Assembly (NCBI GenBank): GCA_039030515.1
Contig: JBCCEA010000011.1
Coordinates: 1 to 64,000, forward strand
DNA length: 64,000 bases
From: Myxococcota bacterium
GTDB taxonomy: Bacteria > Myxococcota_A > Polyangia > Polyangiales > Houyiibacteriaceae
Direction: 5' to 3'
Made by a program: the position numbers and the translations under genes
Notes under the pieces: model-generated
What the model saw: the letters and a program-made list of their open reading frames with translations, nothing else
The model's database searches: none
What the model was told of the DNA's origin: nothing
Part shown: piece after piece, positions 37,288 through 48,200 of the stretch
Position numbering within the stretch: the first letter of the stretch is position 1
How the letters are laid out: every line of letters starts with the position of its first letter

Positions 37288-38919
37288 TCACTCGACCTCA
37301 CGGTCCAAGGGGCTGAACGCGGCGAGCGGAAGACGAAACTCAAAAATTGCTCCCTTAGGTCGCGCAGGCCGGAATCCGAATGTGCCGCCCATGCTCTTCA
37401 CGATTTGCTTGGAACGCATCAGGCCCATCCCGAGCACCTCGAGCGATCGAGTCCCGGCAGGTGCGAGTACTTCGGCTCCAGTCCTTTTTGTCACTTCTGG
37501 GCCTCGATCCCGAACCGCAAACCGGATGTGCTCGGATTCGGTTACGGTAGATAGCGTGATTCGGGTTCCCGGTAGAGAATACTGCAGCGCATTGGATATC
37601 AGATTTCCGATCGCCTGAGCGAAGCGGTCCGGATCGACCCGAATCGCGTCGTTGGGTGCGTGGAACGCGCGTTCTAAAAAAACGCCTCTCTTTTGAGCTG
37701 CTGATTCATGTTCATCGATACATGCGTTGAGTAGGGCGTCGACCGGTGCGAGCTCGAAGTGATCGATCGATCGGCCAAATGGCGCCTGATCGAGCGCGCT
37801 GTTCAGGAGGCGCACAAGTTGCTCACTATTGGAGAACGCGATGTCGATCAATTCTCTTGCTCTTGGAGGCAGCGAACCCGTGATCCCTTCGACGACGAGT
37901 CCGAGTGCCCCACGAATGCAGGTGACCGGTGTCTTCAGTTCGTGACTGACCATTGAAATGAACTGAGCCTCCATTCGTGAACGAGTCTCTGTTTCGGAGA
38001 TGTCTCGGAGGAACTCTGTAACGCCGACCTGGCTTCCCGCTGCGTCGTATTGAACGGAGTAAGCTACGGACACATCCAGCATCGATCCGTCCTGGCAGCG
38101 TCTTTTTGTTTCGATCGGATGCAGTTCAGATCCGTGATTCAAATGGGCGATGGTGTTGTGACGCTCGCTAAGGTACTGCTCGGGAACGTAGAGAGAAACT
38201 GACTGGCCCTGCGCCTCCTCGGGTGTCGTCCCGAATATCCACGCGGCGTTGCAATTCCATTCTGTGATCAAGCCTTCGGAGGTCGTGGATACGATCGCAC
38301 CTCCTGATTCCTCGAACATCAAACGCAGCTGCGCTTCGCGTGCAGAAAGAGTCAAAAAGTCATCGACAACGACGTGTGTCGGCGCTTCAGGATGAGACGA
38401 GCGTGCACTCTGCAACAGCTTCCACTTCCCGAGTTCTTGCTCAGCGATCGTTGCCAGAAGTTTGAGGGCTTCCAATTGCTCCAGGAGAAATACTCTCGGT
38501 TCCGTGTCCATGACGCAGAGCGTTCCCAGTATCAGATCTTCCTCCACGCAAATTGGTATCGCGAAATACGAACGTACGTTTGGAGGCCCCTTTACGAGTG
38601 GATTCTCGGCGAATCGTGTATCCCGCAGCGCATCTTCGACGATAACGGGATCGGAAGAACGCAGTGCATGACTGCAAAACGAAGTGGAGCGCGGTATTTG
38701 TTCTAGCGGCGCTCCATCATGCAAAAAGCCGCGGTTTGACTTAAACCAATGTCGATCGTGATCCAGAAAACCCAGCAGGGCGATCGGTGCCCGTAGCGCG
38801 ATCGACGCCAGTCGGGTCAAGCGGTCGAAGCTCGAGTCTGCCCCCGTATCCAAAATATGATGGCTCTTTAGAGCGTTCAGGCGTTCGGTTTCTCTTGGGG
38901 GTAGACAGGCTGTCAACAC
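37288..38919 (-). CDS. GAF-PAS sensor histidine kinase with degenerate ATP-binding domain
   Basis: GAF (ETERLNAL..ILDT, SFCSHAL), PAS (WNCNAAWIFG), H-box SHELKTP, N-box NLISNA. Confidence 0.85.
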   Translation of the reverse strand: MLTACLPPRETERLNALKSHHILDTGADSSFDRLTRLASIALRAPIALLGFLDHDRHWFKSNRGFLHDGAPLEQIPRSTSFCSHALRSSDPVIVEDALRDTRFAENPLVKGPPNVRSYFAIPICVEEDLILGTLCVMDTEPRVFLLEQLEALKLLATIAEQELGKWKLLQSARSSHPEAPTHVVVDDFLTLSAREAQLRLMFEESGGAIVSTTSEGLITEWNCNAAWIFGTTPEEAQGQSVSLYVPEQYLSERHNTIAHLNHGSELHPIETKRRCQDGSMLDVSVAYSVQYDAAGSQVGVTEFLRDISETETRSRMEAQFISMVSHELKTPVTCIRGALGLVVEGITGSLPPRARELIDIAFSNSEQLVRLLNSALDQAPFGRSIDHFELAPVDALLNACIDEHESAAQKRGVFLERAFHAPNDAIRVDPDRFAQAIGNLISNALQYSLPGTRITLSTVTESEHIRFAVRDRGPEVTKRTGAEVLAPAGTRSLEVLGMGLMRSKQIVKSMGGTFGFRPARPKGAIFEFRLPLAAFSPLDREVE

Positions 38920-39277
38920 GGCTCACCAGAGGCTTATCCGTATGCACTTCAAGTGGCTAATCCGGAGCAACTGCTGCGGCCATTGTACCGAAGTAAGCGC
39001 TTCGCCCAAAGGACTCAAACTCTTGTTTTCGCACGATTTAAGAGATTTTTAAGCTCGAAAACCTCTCTAGTGTCCTTGCTTGTGGAGGACGAAGCCTCCG
39101 GTTGTGGAGTCAGGAGACGCCGTCGAGTGACTGCGGTGAACCACCTTCAGCTAAATGACCGATGCAACCCGCACTCAGATGTGATCGATGTAGCGAAGTT
39201 TCGATGCAGCGAAGTGCACCGATTGAAGAGTTCAGTCGGTTGTCGAACAGGCGTAGGCTTGGTTCCAAAGTTTTTGC

Positions 39278-40903
39278 TCATGAACTGCACGAGAGCATCG
39301 AGCATCCGGGTTTGTCTCGAGCCCAGTCGGGTCGCTTGTCGAAGTAGGATTCCTGCTCCGGCTGCTCGTCGTATGGATGTCTTAACAACTCAAGCAGCTC
39401 TTTGATGAGGCTCATATCGCCCTCCGTCGCCTTGTCGATCGCTATTTGAGCCATGTAGTTCCTTAAGACGTACTTCGGATTTACCAACCTCATTTGAGTG
39501 CTCTGCTCTGCTCTTGATCGCTCACTGCTGATTGCGCGGTGCATATAACGGTCAAGCCAATCGCTCATCGCCTGTCGATGGGGACGCGTTGGAGGTTCGT
39601 AATACGCGCGTTCGATAGTCTCGAAAGGTCGCTTTTTCGAGCCTTGGAGCGCACCGGGGTCGATGTCCGCGAGAAGTCGAAAGAAGAGCGTCATATCGAT
39701 CTCGGTTTCAGCGAGTCGCGTATGTAGATCTTCGAGCATCGCCTCGTCGTCAGATTCTGACGGTTCCAGGCCCAGTTTGCCCAGGTAGGCCTCGCGATAT
39801 TTCTTCTCAAGTAGTTTGGGGTACTCTGCGAGCAGCGTTTCGATCGGCTGCTTTTCTCCGATCAGGGGAAGGATGGCTTCCGCAAAACGTAGTAAATTCC
39901 AGAACGCAATCTGAGGTTGGTTTCCGAATCGGTATCGGCGTCCTTGCGCATCCGTCGTATTTGGTGTCCATCCCAGGTCAAACTGATCGACGACGCCGTA
40001 GGGTCCGTAGTCGATCGTCAGTCCAAGAATCGACATATTGTCGGTATTCATCACCCCGTGAACGAATCCGACGCGCATCCAGTGAACCACCATCGTGGCA
40101 GTGCGCTCCGCCACGGTGCGGAACCACTCCAGGTAGGTCTCGGGTTGCAGAACAGGCGCGTCTCGAAGGCTCGGCGATAGGACCTCTGGAGCGTATCGTC
40201 TGATCGCGTAGTCCGCCAAGAGGCGAAGGTTCTTATGGTCTCCTCGCGATGCGAAGAGTTCGAAATTGCCAAACCGCAAGAAACTCGGAGCTGTCCTGCA
40301 CACGATAGCTCCCGGCTCCATTTCCACATCGCCCGTGTAAAACATATCCCTAGGGACTTCCTCTCCCGTTGCGACGAGGCACAGTGCCCTCGTCGTGGGA
40401 ATGCCCAGGTGATGCATCGCCTCGCTCATCAGGTACTCGCGAATCGAAGAGCGCAGTACCGCTCGCCCGTCCGCGGTCCGTGAGTACGGAGTGGGACCAG
40501 CTCCCTTGAGTTGCACCTCAAATCGACCGCTAGGCCCCTCAAGTTCACCAAGCGTTATCGCACGACCGTCTCCAAGTTGCCCTGCCCAATGGCCAAACTG
40601 ATGACCTCCGTACGCAGCTGCGAAAGGAGTCATGCCTTCTGTCTGGACGTTGCCTGAGAAGATCTGCGCCGCGGTGTGCGTATCCATAAACTCCTCCGGA
40701 ACTCCTAGAAGATGCCTTACTTCGTCTGAGAAGCTCAGCATCTTCGGATTCCTGACTGGAGTTGGCATCACGTGGCTGTACGCGGAACCTACAACTTGCC
40801 TTGGGTAGTTTTCCAGGTTCGAGTCCGCAGGGAGCTCTGTGGTGAACCCGCTGAAGAATCGGAGTTCGCTTTTCAGATGTTCGGATAACGCGTCGGCACA
40901 CAT
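39278..40903 (-). CDS. selO: Protein adenylyltransferase SelO/YdiU
   Basis: YGGHQFG.WAGQLGDGRA, LKGAGPTPYSRTADGRAVLRSSIRE, HGVMNTDNMSI, NPKYVLRNY, C-terminal CSMLSCSS. Confidence 0.96.
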   Translation of the reverse strand: MCADALSEHLKSELRFFSGFTTELPADSNLENYPRQVVGSAYSHVMPTPVRNPKMLSFSDEVRHLLGVPEEFMDTHTAAQIFSGNVQTEGMTPFAAAYGGHQFGHWAGQLGDGRAITLGELEGPSGRFEVQLKGAGPTPYSRTADGRAVLRSSIREYLMSEAMHHLGIPTTRALCLVATGEEVPRDMFYTGDVEMEPGAIVCRTAPSFLRFGNFELFASRGDHKNLRLLADYAIRRYAPEVLSPSLRDAPVLQPETYLEWFRTVAERTATMVVHWMRVGFVHGVMNTDNMSILGLTIDYGPYGVVDQFDLGWTPNTTDAQGRRYRFGNQPQIAFWNLLRFAEAILPLIGEKQPIETLLAEYPKLLEKKYREAYLGKLGLEPSESDDEAMLEDLHTRLAETEIDMTLFFRLLADIDPGALQGSKKRPFETIERAYYEPPTRPHRQAMSDWLDRYMHRAISSERSRAEQSTQMRLVNPKYVLRNYMAQIAIDKATEGDMSLIKELLELLRHPYDEQPEQESYFDKRPDWARDKPGCSMLSCSS

Positions 40904-41055
40904 ACGACTTTAGTAAGGCTTGTGCGTGCGGAAGCCAAGGTGTGTTGGTGGGTCTTGAAGGTTGCCGTTCACGTCGATCGTGTGGACTGGAGCGATGAAG
41001 TCTCCGATCGGTCGACTTAGCGAAGGAGCGAGAATGGTACGGTCCGGCGTTCCGT

Positions 41056-42003
41056 CTAGGCTTCTGGGAGTGGAATGAACTCCTCGTTGTCTCCCGGCAC
41101 CTCCGGAAAGCGTGAGGCTTTCCAATCTTCACTGGCCTTTTTGATGCGCTCCGGAGAGCTAGAGACGAAATTCCAAAAGATGTGGCGGGGACCGCCTAGA
41201 GGATCTCCGCCCAGCGCAACCAACCGAGCGTCTTCGAGTGCCTCGACAAAGACCTCCGCATCCGGTTTGAGTAGCAGCATTTGGGGTTCACGTAGTTCTT
41301 CTTGCCCGATCCGCACTGATCCCGAGATGAGATAGAGCCCCCGTTCCTCGTACTCATTTGGAAGCTGCATCCGAGCGCCTGCCTTCAAACTGAGATCGAC
41401 ATAAAAGGTAGGAGAGAACGTCTTGACCGGTGAGGTTTTTCCGAAGGCTCGCCCCATGATCACCTTCATTCGAGCGGCCTCTGTGTTTATCTCGGGCAGC
41501 TCAGAGGCTGGATGATGGTGAAAGTCCGGTTCGGTATCCTCGGAAGCTTGAGGTAGCGCGATCCAAAGTTGGAGGCCGTGAAGACGGTAGGTGCTCTTCC
41601 AAAGCTCCGGCGAGGTGCGCTCGGAGTGAACGATCCCTTTGCCGGCAACCATCAAGTTCACGGCGCCAGCCTGAATGGTTTGATGTGATCCCAGACTGTC
41701 GCGGTGCACGATTTCCCCTTCAAAAAGGTACGTGATCGTCGCGAGGTGGATGTGCGGGTGTGGCCGGACGTTGATGCCGCTTCCCGGACCGAATTCCGCT
41801 GGTCCCATGTGATCGAAAAACACAAACGGTCCCAGCGCGCGACGCTTTTCCGACGGAAGCACACGGCGCACGGAGAAGCCGCCCAGATCACGAGGTTTTG
41901 ACTCGAGACGAAGTTCAATCACCGGATGTTCCTCAGAACCTTCATGTTTTGGGTCGATAGTTGAACGCAAGCTCATCCAACTGAACTCCCTCATGCGGTT
42001 CAA
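41056..42003 (-). CDS. Pirin family protein
   Basis: GPFVFFDHMG, PHPHIHLATITYL, HRDSLG, MVAGKGIVHSE, WNFVSS. Confidence 0.95.
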   Translation of the reverse strand: MNRMREFSWMSLRSTIDPKHEGSEEHPVIELRLESKPRDLGGFSVRRVLPSEKRRALGPFVFFDHMGPAEFGPGSGINVRPHPHIHLATITYLFEGEIVHRDSLGSHQTIQAGAVNLMVAGKGIVHSERTSPELWKSTYRLHGLQLWIALPQASEDTEPDFHHHPASELPEINTEAARMKVIMGRAFGKTSPVKTFSPTFYVDLSLKAGARMQLPNEYEERGLYLISGSVRIGQEELREPQMLLLKPDAEVFVEALEDARLVALGGDPLGGPRHIFWNFVSSSPERIKKASEDWKASRFPEVPGDNEEFIPLPEA

Positions 42004-42094
42004 GAGCGCAAGCTCTTTACGGCGGAACGGCGGTTCTTTACATCAGAGAGGAAGTGCGAACTTGGTTGTGCCTGGCGATTAATGTGCCTGACGA

Positions 42095-43060
42095 TTAAAC
42101 TGACGAGTCTGAGTCGGCAGATTCTGAATCTTCGTCTTTTTGATCTAAGTTCCGTGGACAGAAACTGGAGACCTCTCTCAAACGTTCGAACAGAGCCCGC
42201 TCCTCCTCGGTCGGTTCCCTGGGGATGTCGATGCGAACCTCGGCATAGAGGTCCCCTCGATTCCCTTCCTGTCGACCATAACCTTTCCCCCGCAAACGAA
42301 TCTGGCGTCCTGAAGAAGAACCCTTTGGTACTGCGAGACGCACGGCGCCCTCAAGGGTAGGTAGCGTAACCTTGGCGCCCAGTAGCGCCTCCCAAGGCGA
42401 AACGGGTAGGGTTGTGAAAAGGTCGTCTCCCTCAATACGAAACGAAGCGCTGGAACACACTTCGACCTCGAGAATCAGATCTCCCGCCCCGCCTGGCGCA
42501 GGCTCACCTTGGCCCGCGAGTCGGACTTTCTGACCGGAGCGTATACCCGCAGGTATGTTCACGGTGTACGTACGCTCCTCACTGCCAGAACTGAGACGGA
42601 TGGCGTGAGGCCCGCCTCGATACGCCTCCTCGACGGTGAGCGAAAGTTTGGCTTCTCGGTTGGTTCCCTTCCGTCTTCGACTCTGCGCCCTACCTGTGGT
42701 TCGGCTTTGGGCAGCCCCTCCAAAGAAATTTTCGAATATGGAGCCAAGATCTCCCATATCCTGAAAGTTAAACCCGGCTTGGCCGAAGTCGACTCTCGCC
42801 TGGTCGGCGCCCGGCGGTGCTGCCCTTCCTTCAGAAAAAGCCTTCCAATGCGCTCCGTAGCGATCATAGAGCGCGCGCTTTTTTTCGTCTTTCAAGACTT
42901 CGTACGCAGCTCCGACTTGCTTGAAGTGCTCATCCGCGTTTGGTTCTTTGCTGACGTCGGGGTGAAACTTTCGGGCTAGCTTTCGATAGGCTTTCTGGAT
43001 GTCCTCGGTCGAGGCGTCTCGCTTGAGCCCGAGCATGGCGTAGTAATCGTGATAACTCAT
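42095..43060 (-). CDS. cbpA: DnaJ-class co-chaperone CbpA-like (J domain + C-terminal domain, no zinc finger)
   Basis: [44 protein letters not shown]. Confidence 0.88.
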   Translation of the reverse strand: MSYHDYYAMLGLKRDASTEDIQKAYRKLARKFHPDVSKEPNADEHFKQVGAAYEVLKDEKKRALYDRYGAHWKAFSEGRAAPPGADQARVDFGQAGFNFQDMGDLGSIFENFFGGAAQSRTTGRAQSRRRKGTNREAKLSLTVEEAYRGGPHAIRLSSGSEERTYTVNIPAGIRSGQKVRLAGQGEPAPGGAGDLILEVEVCSSASFRIEGDDLFTTLPVSPWEALLGAKVTLPTLEGAVRLAVPKGSSSGRQIRLRGKGYGRQEGNRGDLYAEVRIDIPREPTEEERALFERLREVSSFCPRNLDQKDEDSESADSDSSV

Positions 43061-43246
43061 ACGTCTCGCATGTCGGCGGTCCGTGTTTTGACCCGCCACA
43101 TCTCAACCTATAGCAAAGCTGGATAGGACTGACGATCGCCTGGCCAGCGGTCCGGTTCAATAAGGTCTAGGTTCCACCGGTAGTTGCCACTGCAGCAGGC
43201 CTCGTTAGGACGCGCTGGCCAACCGGCACACCACAGCGCTGGGCGT

Positions 43247-44764
43247 TCACCTTGAACAACGCCGCAAATCGTTGCGGAGCGAGCGGGTCATTCCAACGCA
43301 TACGATGATGAGGATGATCGTGAAGGGAAGGGCGGTGGCAATAGTCGCCGTCTGAAGCGCGCGAAGCCCTCCGATCGCCAGTAGCGTGGCGGCAACCACT
43401 CCTTCGAGCACGGCCCAGTAGATGCGCTGCGCAATAGGAGGATGGCTTTTTCCTCCTGAGGCGATCGTGTCTACGACGAGTGAAGCGGAATCACTTGAGG
43501 TCACAAAAAATAGGATGATGCTGACCGAGCAAATGAACCCGGTCACCGAAGGGGCAGGAAGATGGTCGAGCAGGACAAATATTGCGGTCGGAATGCTCTC
43601 CTCGACCGCTTTGGAGATGCCTCCGTCACCGTAAACCTCCTCAAAAAGCGCCGTGTCGCCAAAGACGGTAAGCCAAATAAATCCGATTACGGTGGGTCCG
43701 ATAAGCACTGAGGCGAGAAACTCTCGGATGGTGCGGCCGCGGGATATTCGGGCGATAAACATCCCCACAAAGGGGGCCCAGGCAACCCACCATGACCAGT
43801 AGAACACCGTCCAATCGGTGAGCCAGCGGCGCTGGTCTGGTTCGAAGCTAGCGGTCCAAAAGGAATGAGCAGGGAGGTGGCGAATATAAGAACCCAGATT
43901 CTCTACGAAAACGTCGAGCAGAAAATTGGTCGGTCCGGCGATGAATACGTACATCAATAGCGCAAAAGCGAGGAGCATGTTGAGCTCGCTTAGACGCCGA
44001 ATGCCGACATCTAGCCCGGATACGACGGATACGGTGGCGGCTGCCGTAATGCACGCGATGATGACCATCTGAGCGTTCTCGGATTCCGCCAAGCCGAACA
44101 CATAATTAAATCCAGCATTGACCTGCATTGCGCCCAGGCCGAGAGAGGTCGCTACCCCAAAGAGGGTGGACACCACTGCTAGGGTATCCACCATGTCGCC
44201 GACGCGACCGTAGATACGCTCTCCGATAAGAGGGTAAAACGTGCTGCGTAGTGAAAAGGGCAGCTTCAATCGAAACCCATAGTAGGCCAGCGCAAGGGCC
44301 ATCAGCGAGTAGACTGCCCAAGGATGCAGTCCCCAGTGAAAGAAGGTCAGGCCCATCGCATCGCGCGCAGCCTCGAGGCTGCCTCCACTGCCCTTTGGAG
44401 GCGCGTTGTAGTGCATGATCGGTTCAGACACGCTGAAGAATAGGAGTCCGATTCCCATGCCCGCGCTGAAGAGCATCGCAAACCAGCTCGTCCTTGAGTA
44501 TTCCGGCTCCGAGTGGTCGTCCCCCAGCTTGATGCTGCCGAATGGGCTCACCATCAGCCAAAGAGCGAACGCCAGAAAGCCGCTCATCGAGAGGATGTAG
44601 AACCAGCCAAAACGTTCGACGATGGTTCGTTGCGTGGCTGCAACGAGGGCGCTGGTTTCCGACGTGAAGGCCACACTGAGGGCGACAACCCCTAGGATCA
44701 AAAAAGAAGAAACACCGAAGACGAAAGGGTTGACTTCCAGACTGAGTTTTTTCGCAGACAACAT
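43247..44764 (-). CDS. BCCT family betaine/choline/carnitine transporter
   Basis: SWFAMLFSAGMGIGL, FFHWGLHPWAVY, WTVFYWSWWVAWAPFVGMFIARISRGRTIREF; RBS aagga before MLSAKK. Confidence 0.96.
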   Translation of the reverse strand: MLSAKKLSLEVNPFVFGVSSFLILGVVALSVAFTSETSALVAATQRTIVERFGWFYILSMSGFLAFALWLMVSPFGSIKLGDDHSEPEYSRTSWFAMLFSAGMGIGLLFFSVSEPIMHYNAPPKGSGGSLEAARDAMGLTFFHWGLHPWAVYSLMALALAYYGFRLKLPFSLRSTFYPLIGERIYGRVGDMVDTLAVVSTLFGVATSLGLGAMQVNAGFNYVFGLAESENAQMVIIACITAAATVSVVSGLDVGIRRLSELNMLLAFALLMYVFIAGPTNFLLDVFVENLGSYIRHLPAHSFWTASFEPDQRRWLTDWTVFYWSWWVAWAPFVGMFIARISRGRTIREFLASVLIGPTVIGFIWLTVFGDTALFEEVYGDGGISKAVEESIPTAIFVLLDHLPAPSVTGFICSVSIILFFVTSSDSASLVVDTIASGGKSHPPIAQRIYWAVLEGVVAATLLAIGGLRALQTATIATALPFTIILIIVCVGMTRSLRNDLRRCSR

Positions 44765-45240
44765 GGTTTCCTTGGATACAGAGGTAGGAACTCCGTCTCG
44801 CTGGCACCTGGTCGCATGCCCAGGCGGCGGCGTCATCGAGCAATCCCCCATCGGAAGCGGTTCTTCTCCCCAAAAATGCCGATGGCACTGCTTCGAAGCG
44901 TAGAACAAGACTCGGCGCTTCAAGAATCTTTCTGTTGAAAGTAGCTATGTAGAAAACTTAGCCTCCGATGGCAAGCCGGCGTCGGTGATGCGTCCTGGAT
45001 CGAGAACGCGTTAGTCTAAATCCCTATTGTTTTTAGGCACTAAGGAATGAGCAGTCCTGTCGGCGCTGAAAAACAAGGTGTGGTTCTCAGCCTTTCTGAG
45101 CTCCACGGTCGTTTCAGTAAGAAGTAACCATCCCGATGGCCTTGGAGTGCTTCGGTCCGTATCAGGTACGTTTGGGTGGCGGACTTGTTGCCCGACCAAA
45201 GGCTGCTCAGTCGGGGCACGACCGTGGTACACATCTGCCT

Positions 45241-48200
45241 ATGAAACAGGGTGTGCTTTGTTTCGCGTTGATGTCCTGCGGCTTTTCAACCGTGACTTTG
45301 GCGCAGCCGGTCGCGCGTTTGGAGGTTCCCGAAGCCCTGCAACCGTGGGTCTCTTGGGCCCTCGACTCAGAAGATGACTATGGCTGCACCTGGGTAGGCT
45401 CGGAGCGCCAATGCGTATGGCCCGGTGAACTCCAGTTGCGGTTTCTGGCCACCGAGGGTGCATTTACGCTCAGGGTGACCGCGGAGCGGAACGGCGTGCT
45501 CGTGCGTCTTCCGGGCAGCCAGAGTTATTTTCCACCAGAGGTGCGTCTCAATGGTGTGCCCTTTCCAATTTGGGAGCAGCAGGGATGGCCGGTCATGCAG
45601 CTTCCAAGAGGGTCGCACCGGATCGATGGAGTCTTTCGATTCTCCAGCCTTCCAGAATTGTTCCCCGTGCCGCCAGAGATTCCAATCGTGTCACTCGACG
45701 TTCTGGACGCCCGCATTGTGGCGCCGAGGCGCAATGACGAGGGATTGGTTTGGCTCCGCTCTCGAGAGGTTGCTGGAACTTCGGAAGGACGACTCGACCT
45801 CGAAGTGTATCGACTTCTCTCCGACGGGGTGCCTTTTTCGGTGACGACGCATATCGCGATCCGAGCAGCGGGTGACACTCGGGAGGTCCATCTCGGCAAG
45901 GTAGTTCCACCGGGGATGGTTGCAACGGAGGTCCAATCGACTCTCGCCGTCCGATTCGCTGAGAGCGGAGCCCTCGTAGCGCAGGTCCATGCAGGGTCTC
46001 ATGAGATAAAGGTCCGAGCCGTGATGGGTACGCCTCCTCCCAAGCTTGCTGCTGAGTTGCAAGCCTCCCCGTGGCCGGCTCAAGAACTCTGGGCGTTTCA
46101 AGCGATGGAGCCCATGCGGCAAGTTGAAATCTCCGGTGCGCCCTCCATGGACCCAGGCCGCAGCAATATGCCCGCACGTTGGCGTTCTCATCCGGCCTAC
46201 ATGGTTCGTGCCGGGTCGAGCTTGACGATGACCACCATCCGCCGCGGTGAGCCGGAGCCTCCTCCGAACCAGCTGCGTCTCGACCGAGAGTTCTGGCTCG
46301 ATCTCGATGGTCAAGGCTACACGGTGCGCGATCGGCTGCGAGGAACAATGCGTCGAGGATGGCGCCTCTCTTTGAGTTCAGGACGCTTGGGTCACGCTTC
46401 GTTTCATGGGAAAGATCAGTTGATTACCGACCTCAACGGTGAATCCGGCGTGGAGATTCGTCGCGGGGATGTTCGAGGAACAGCGGAGTGGCGATTAGAA
46501 GGACACCGCTCGATCCTCCCAGCCGTTGGTTGGAGTGAAGATGTTCAGGAACTGAAGACCACTGTCCATGTTCCCCCGGGTTGGTTGCTGCTCGGCGTTG
46601 CCGGAGCGGATCGCGTAGACGGTACTTGGCTCCATCGCTGGGACCTTTGGGGACTTTTGTTCGTCCTGCTCGTGTCGCTTATCGTGAGCAGGATGCGTGG
46701 AACGCTTTGGGGGATCGTCTGCTTTCTCGCATTAACTCTCAGCTACCACGAGCCCCTTGCCCCTCGCTTTCTGTGGCTGTTCGTGATGACCGCGATCGCG
46801 CTTTTTCAAGCGCTGGCCGAACGAGCTCCCGGGCGATTTTTCGAAAAGGGCGTCGCGGCGCTGTATTGGTTTTTGGTGGTGGCGCTGTGGCTCGTATTCG
46901 TTCCATTTGCCGTGCAGCAGCTGCGAATCGGCCTTTTTCCGTTTACCGAAGAACACGACCGGAACGCGCATTCGGAAATGGTCGATGTGGGGGCGGTTGC
47001 CGCCGGAGGGCAGGGCGCAGTGGGAGCCCTCGGTGCGCCTATGGTCGCCGAGGAGCGAGTCGATGCGGCGCTTGAGGATGCAGCCGAGCCGCCAGCCCCA
47101 CGCGCCTCGAAAGGCGCTCGTGACGGGTACCTGCAGCGGTCGAGGGCGTCACGGCTCTCTCGCTTGCTTCCGTCAGATTCCACTGAGAAAAACCGCGGCT
47201 GGATCGATCCGAATGCGGTGATTCAGACCGGCCCCGGAGTGCCGACTTGGCGCTTTCGCAGTTTCGAAATTTCCTGGGCGGGTCCGGTGGATCGAGAACA
47301 TTCGTTTCGCCTGTTTCTTGTGCCTCCCGCGGGCTTCCGGCTCATCGCCTTCTTGCGGGTGTTTCTCCTCGCTCTTTTGCTTTATCTGGTGGTCGTGTGT
47401 CGGCCGAGACCTCGGACGCCCTCCGCTCCAGGCAGAGGCGTCACGGATGGGGCCTCAGGGAGCGTTGTCCCCAGCGCTGTCGTACTGCTTACGGCGTTCT
47501 TTTTGCTCGCACCGGCCCCGATCGAGGCGCAGCGTGACACTCTCAGCACATGGCCTAGTGAGTCGCTTCTCGATGAGCTCCGCACGAGATTGCTCCGACC
47601 TCCTCCGTGTGCACCTCACTGTGCGATCGCTTCCGACTTAAGCATCGAGGTAGGCGACAAACGAATAGAGTTCACAGCGCACATTCAGGTGCCGGCGGAC
47701 TCAGCCTATCGACTGCCGGGTCCGAGCTCCCAATTCGTACCTGATTCGGTGTCTGTAGACGGTAAAAAGACTTCGGCCCTGTCGGTCTTCGACGAGGGTG
47801 CGATCTACCTTCGACTGCCGGCAGGTGTTCATCAGGTGGTGTTTGGCGGTCCCATTCGAACCCAGGACACGATGAACCTTACTTTTGGGCATCCTCCACG
47901 CAATATCCGTGTGCAGGCCCCTTCGTGGGAAGTAGAAGGCGTTCGGGCGGACGGGACCGTGGCGGAGTCTATTCAGCTACGGCGCAGACTTCAGGCGGTT
48001 GAAGAGGGTCACCGCGATGCAGTTCGGTTGCCGCCTTGGGTCGTTGTAGAGAGGCAGCTCGAGATCGGCGTGCTTTGGACCGTGCGCACCACCGTGCGTC
48101 GAATCACACCGGTGGGTGACTCCGTGATGGTTCGCGTTCCTCTGCTTGAAGGCGAGTCAGCTACCGACTCGTCCGTTGTTTTGGACGGCAAAGAAGCGAT

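Noticed and set aside
39278..39300. Selenocysteine in SelO
   Set aside because: The redox position is a TGC Cys (SCSS) and the TGA falls at the expected protein end.
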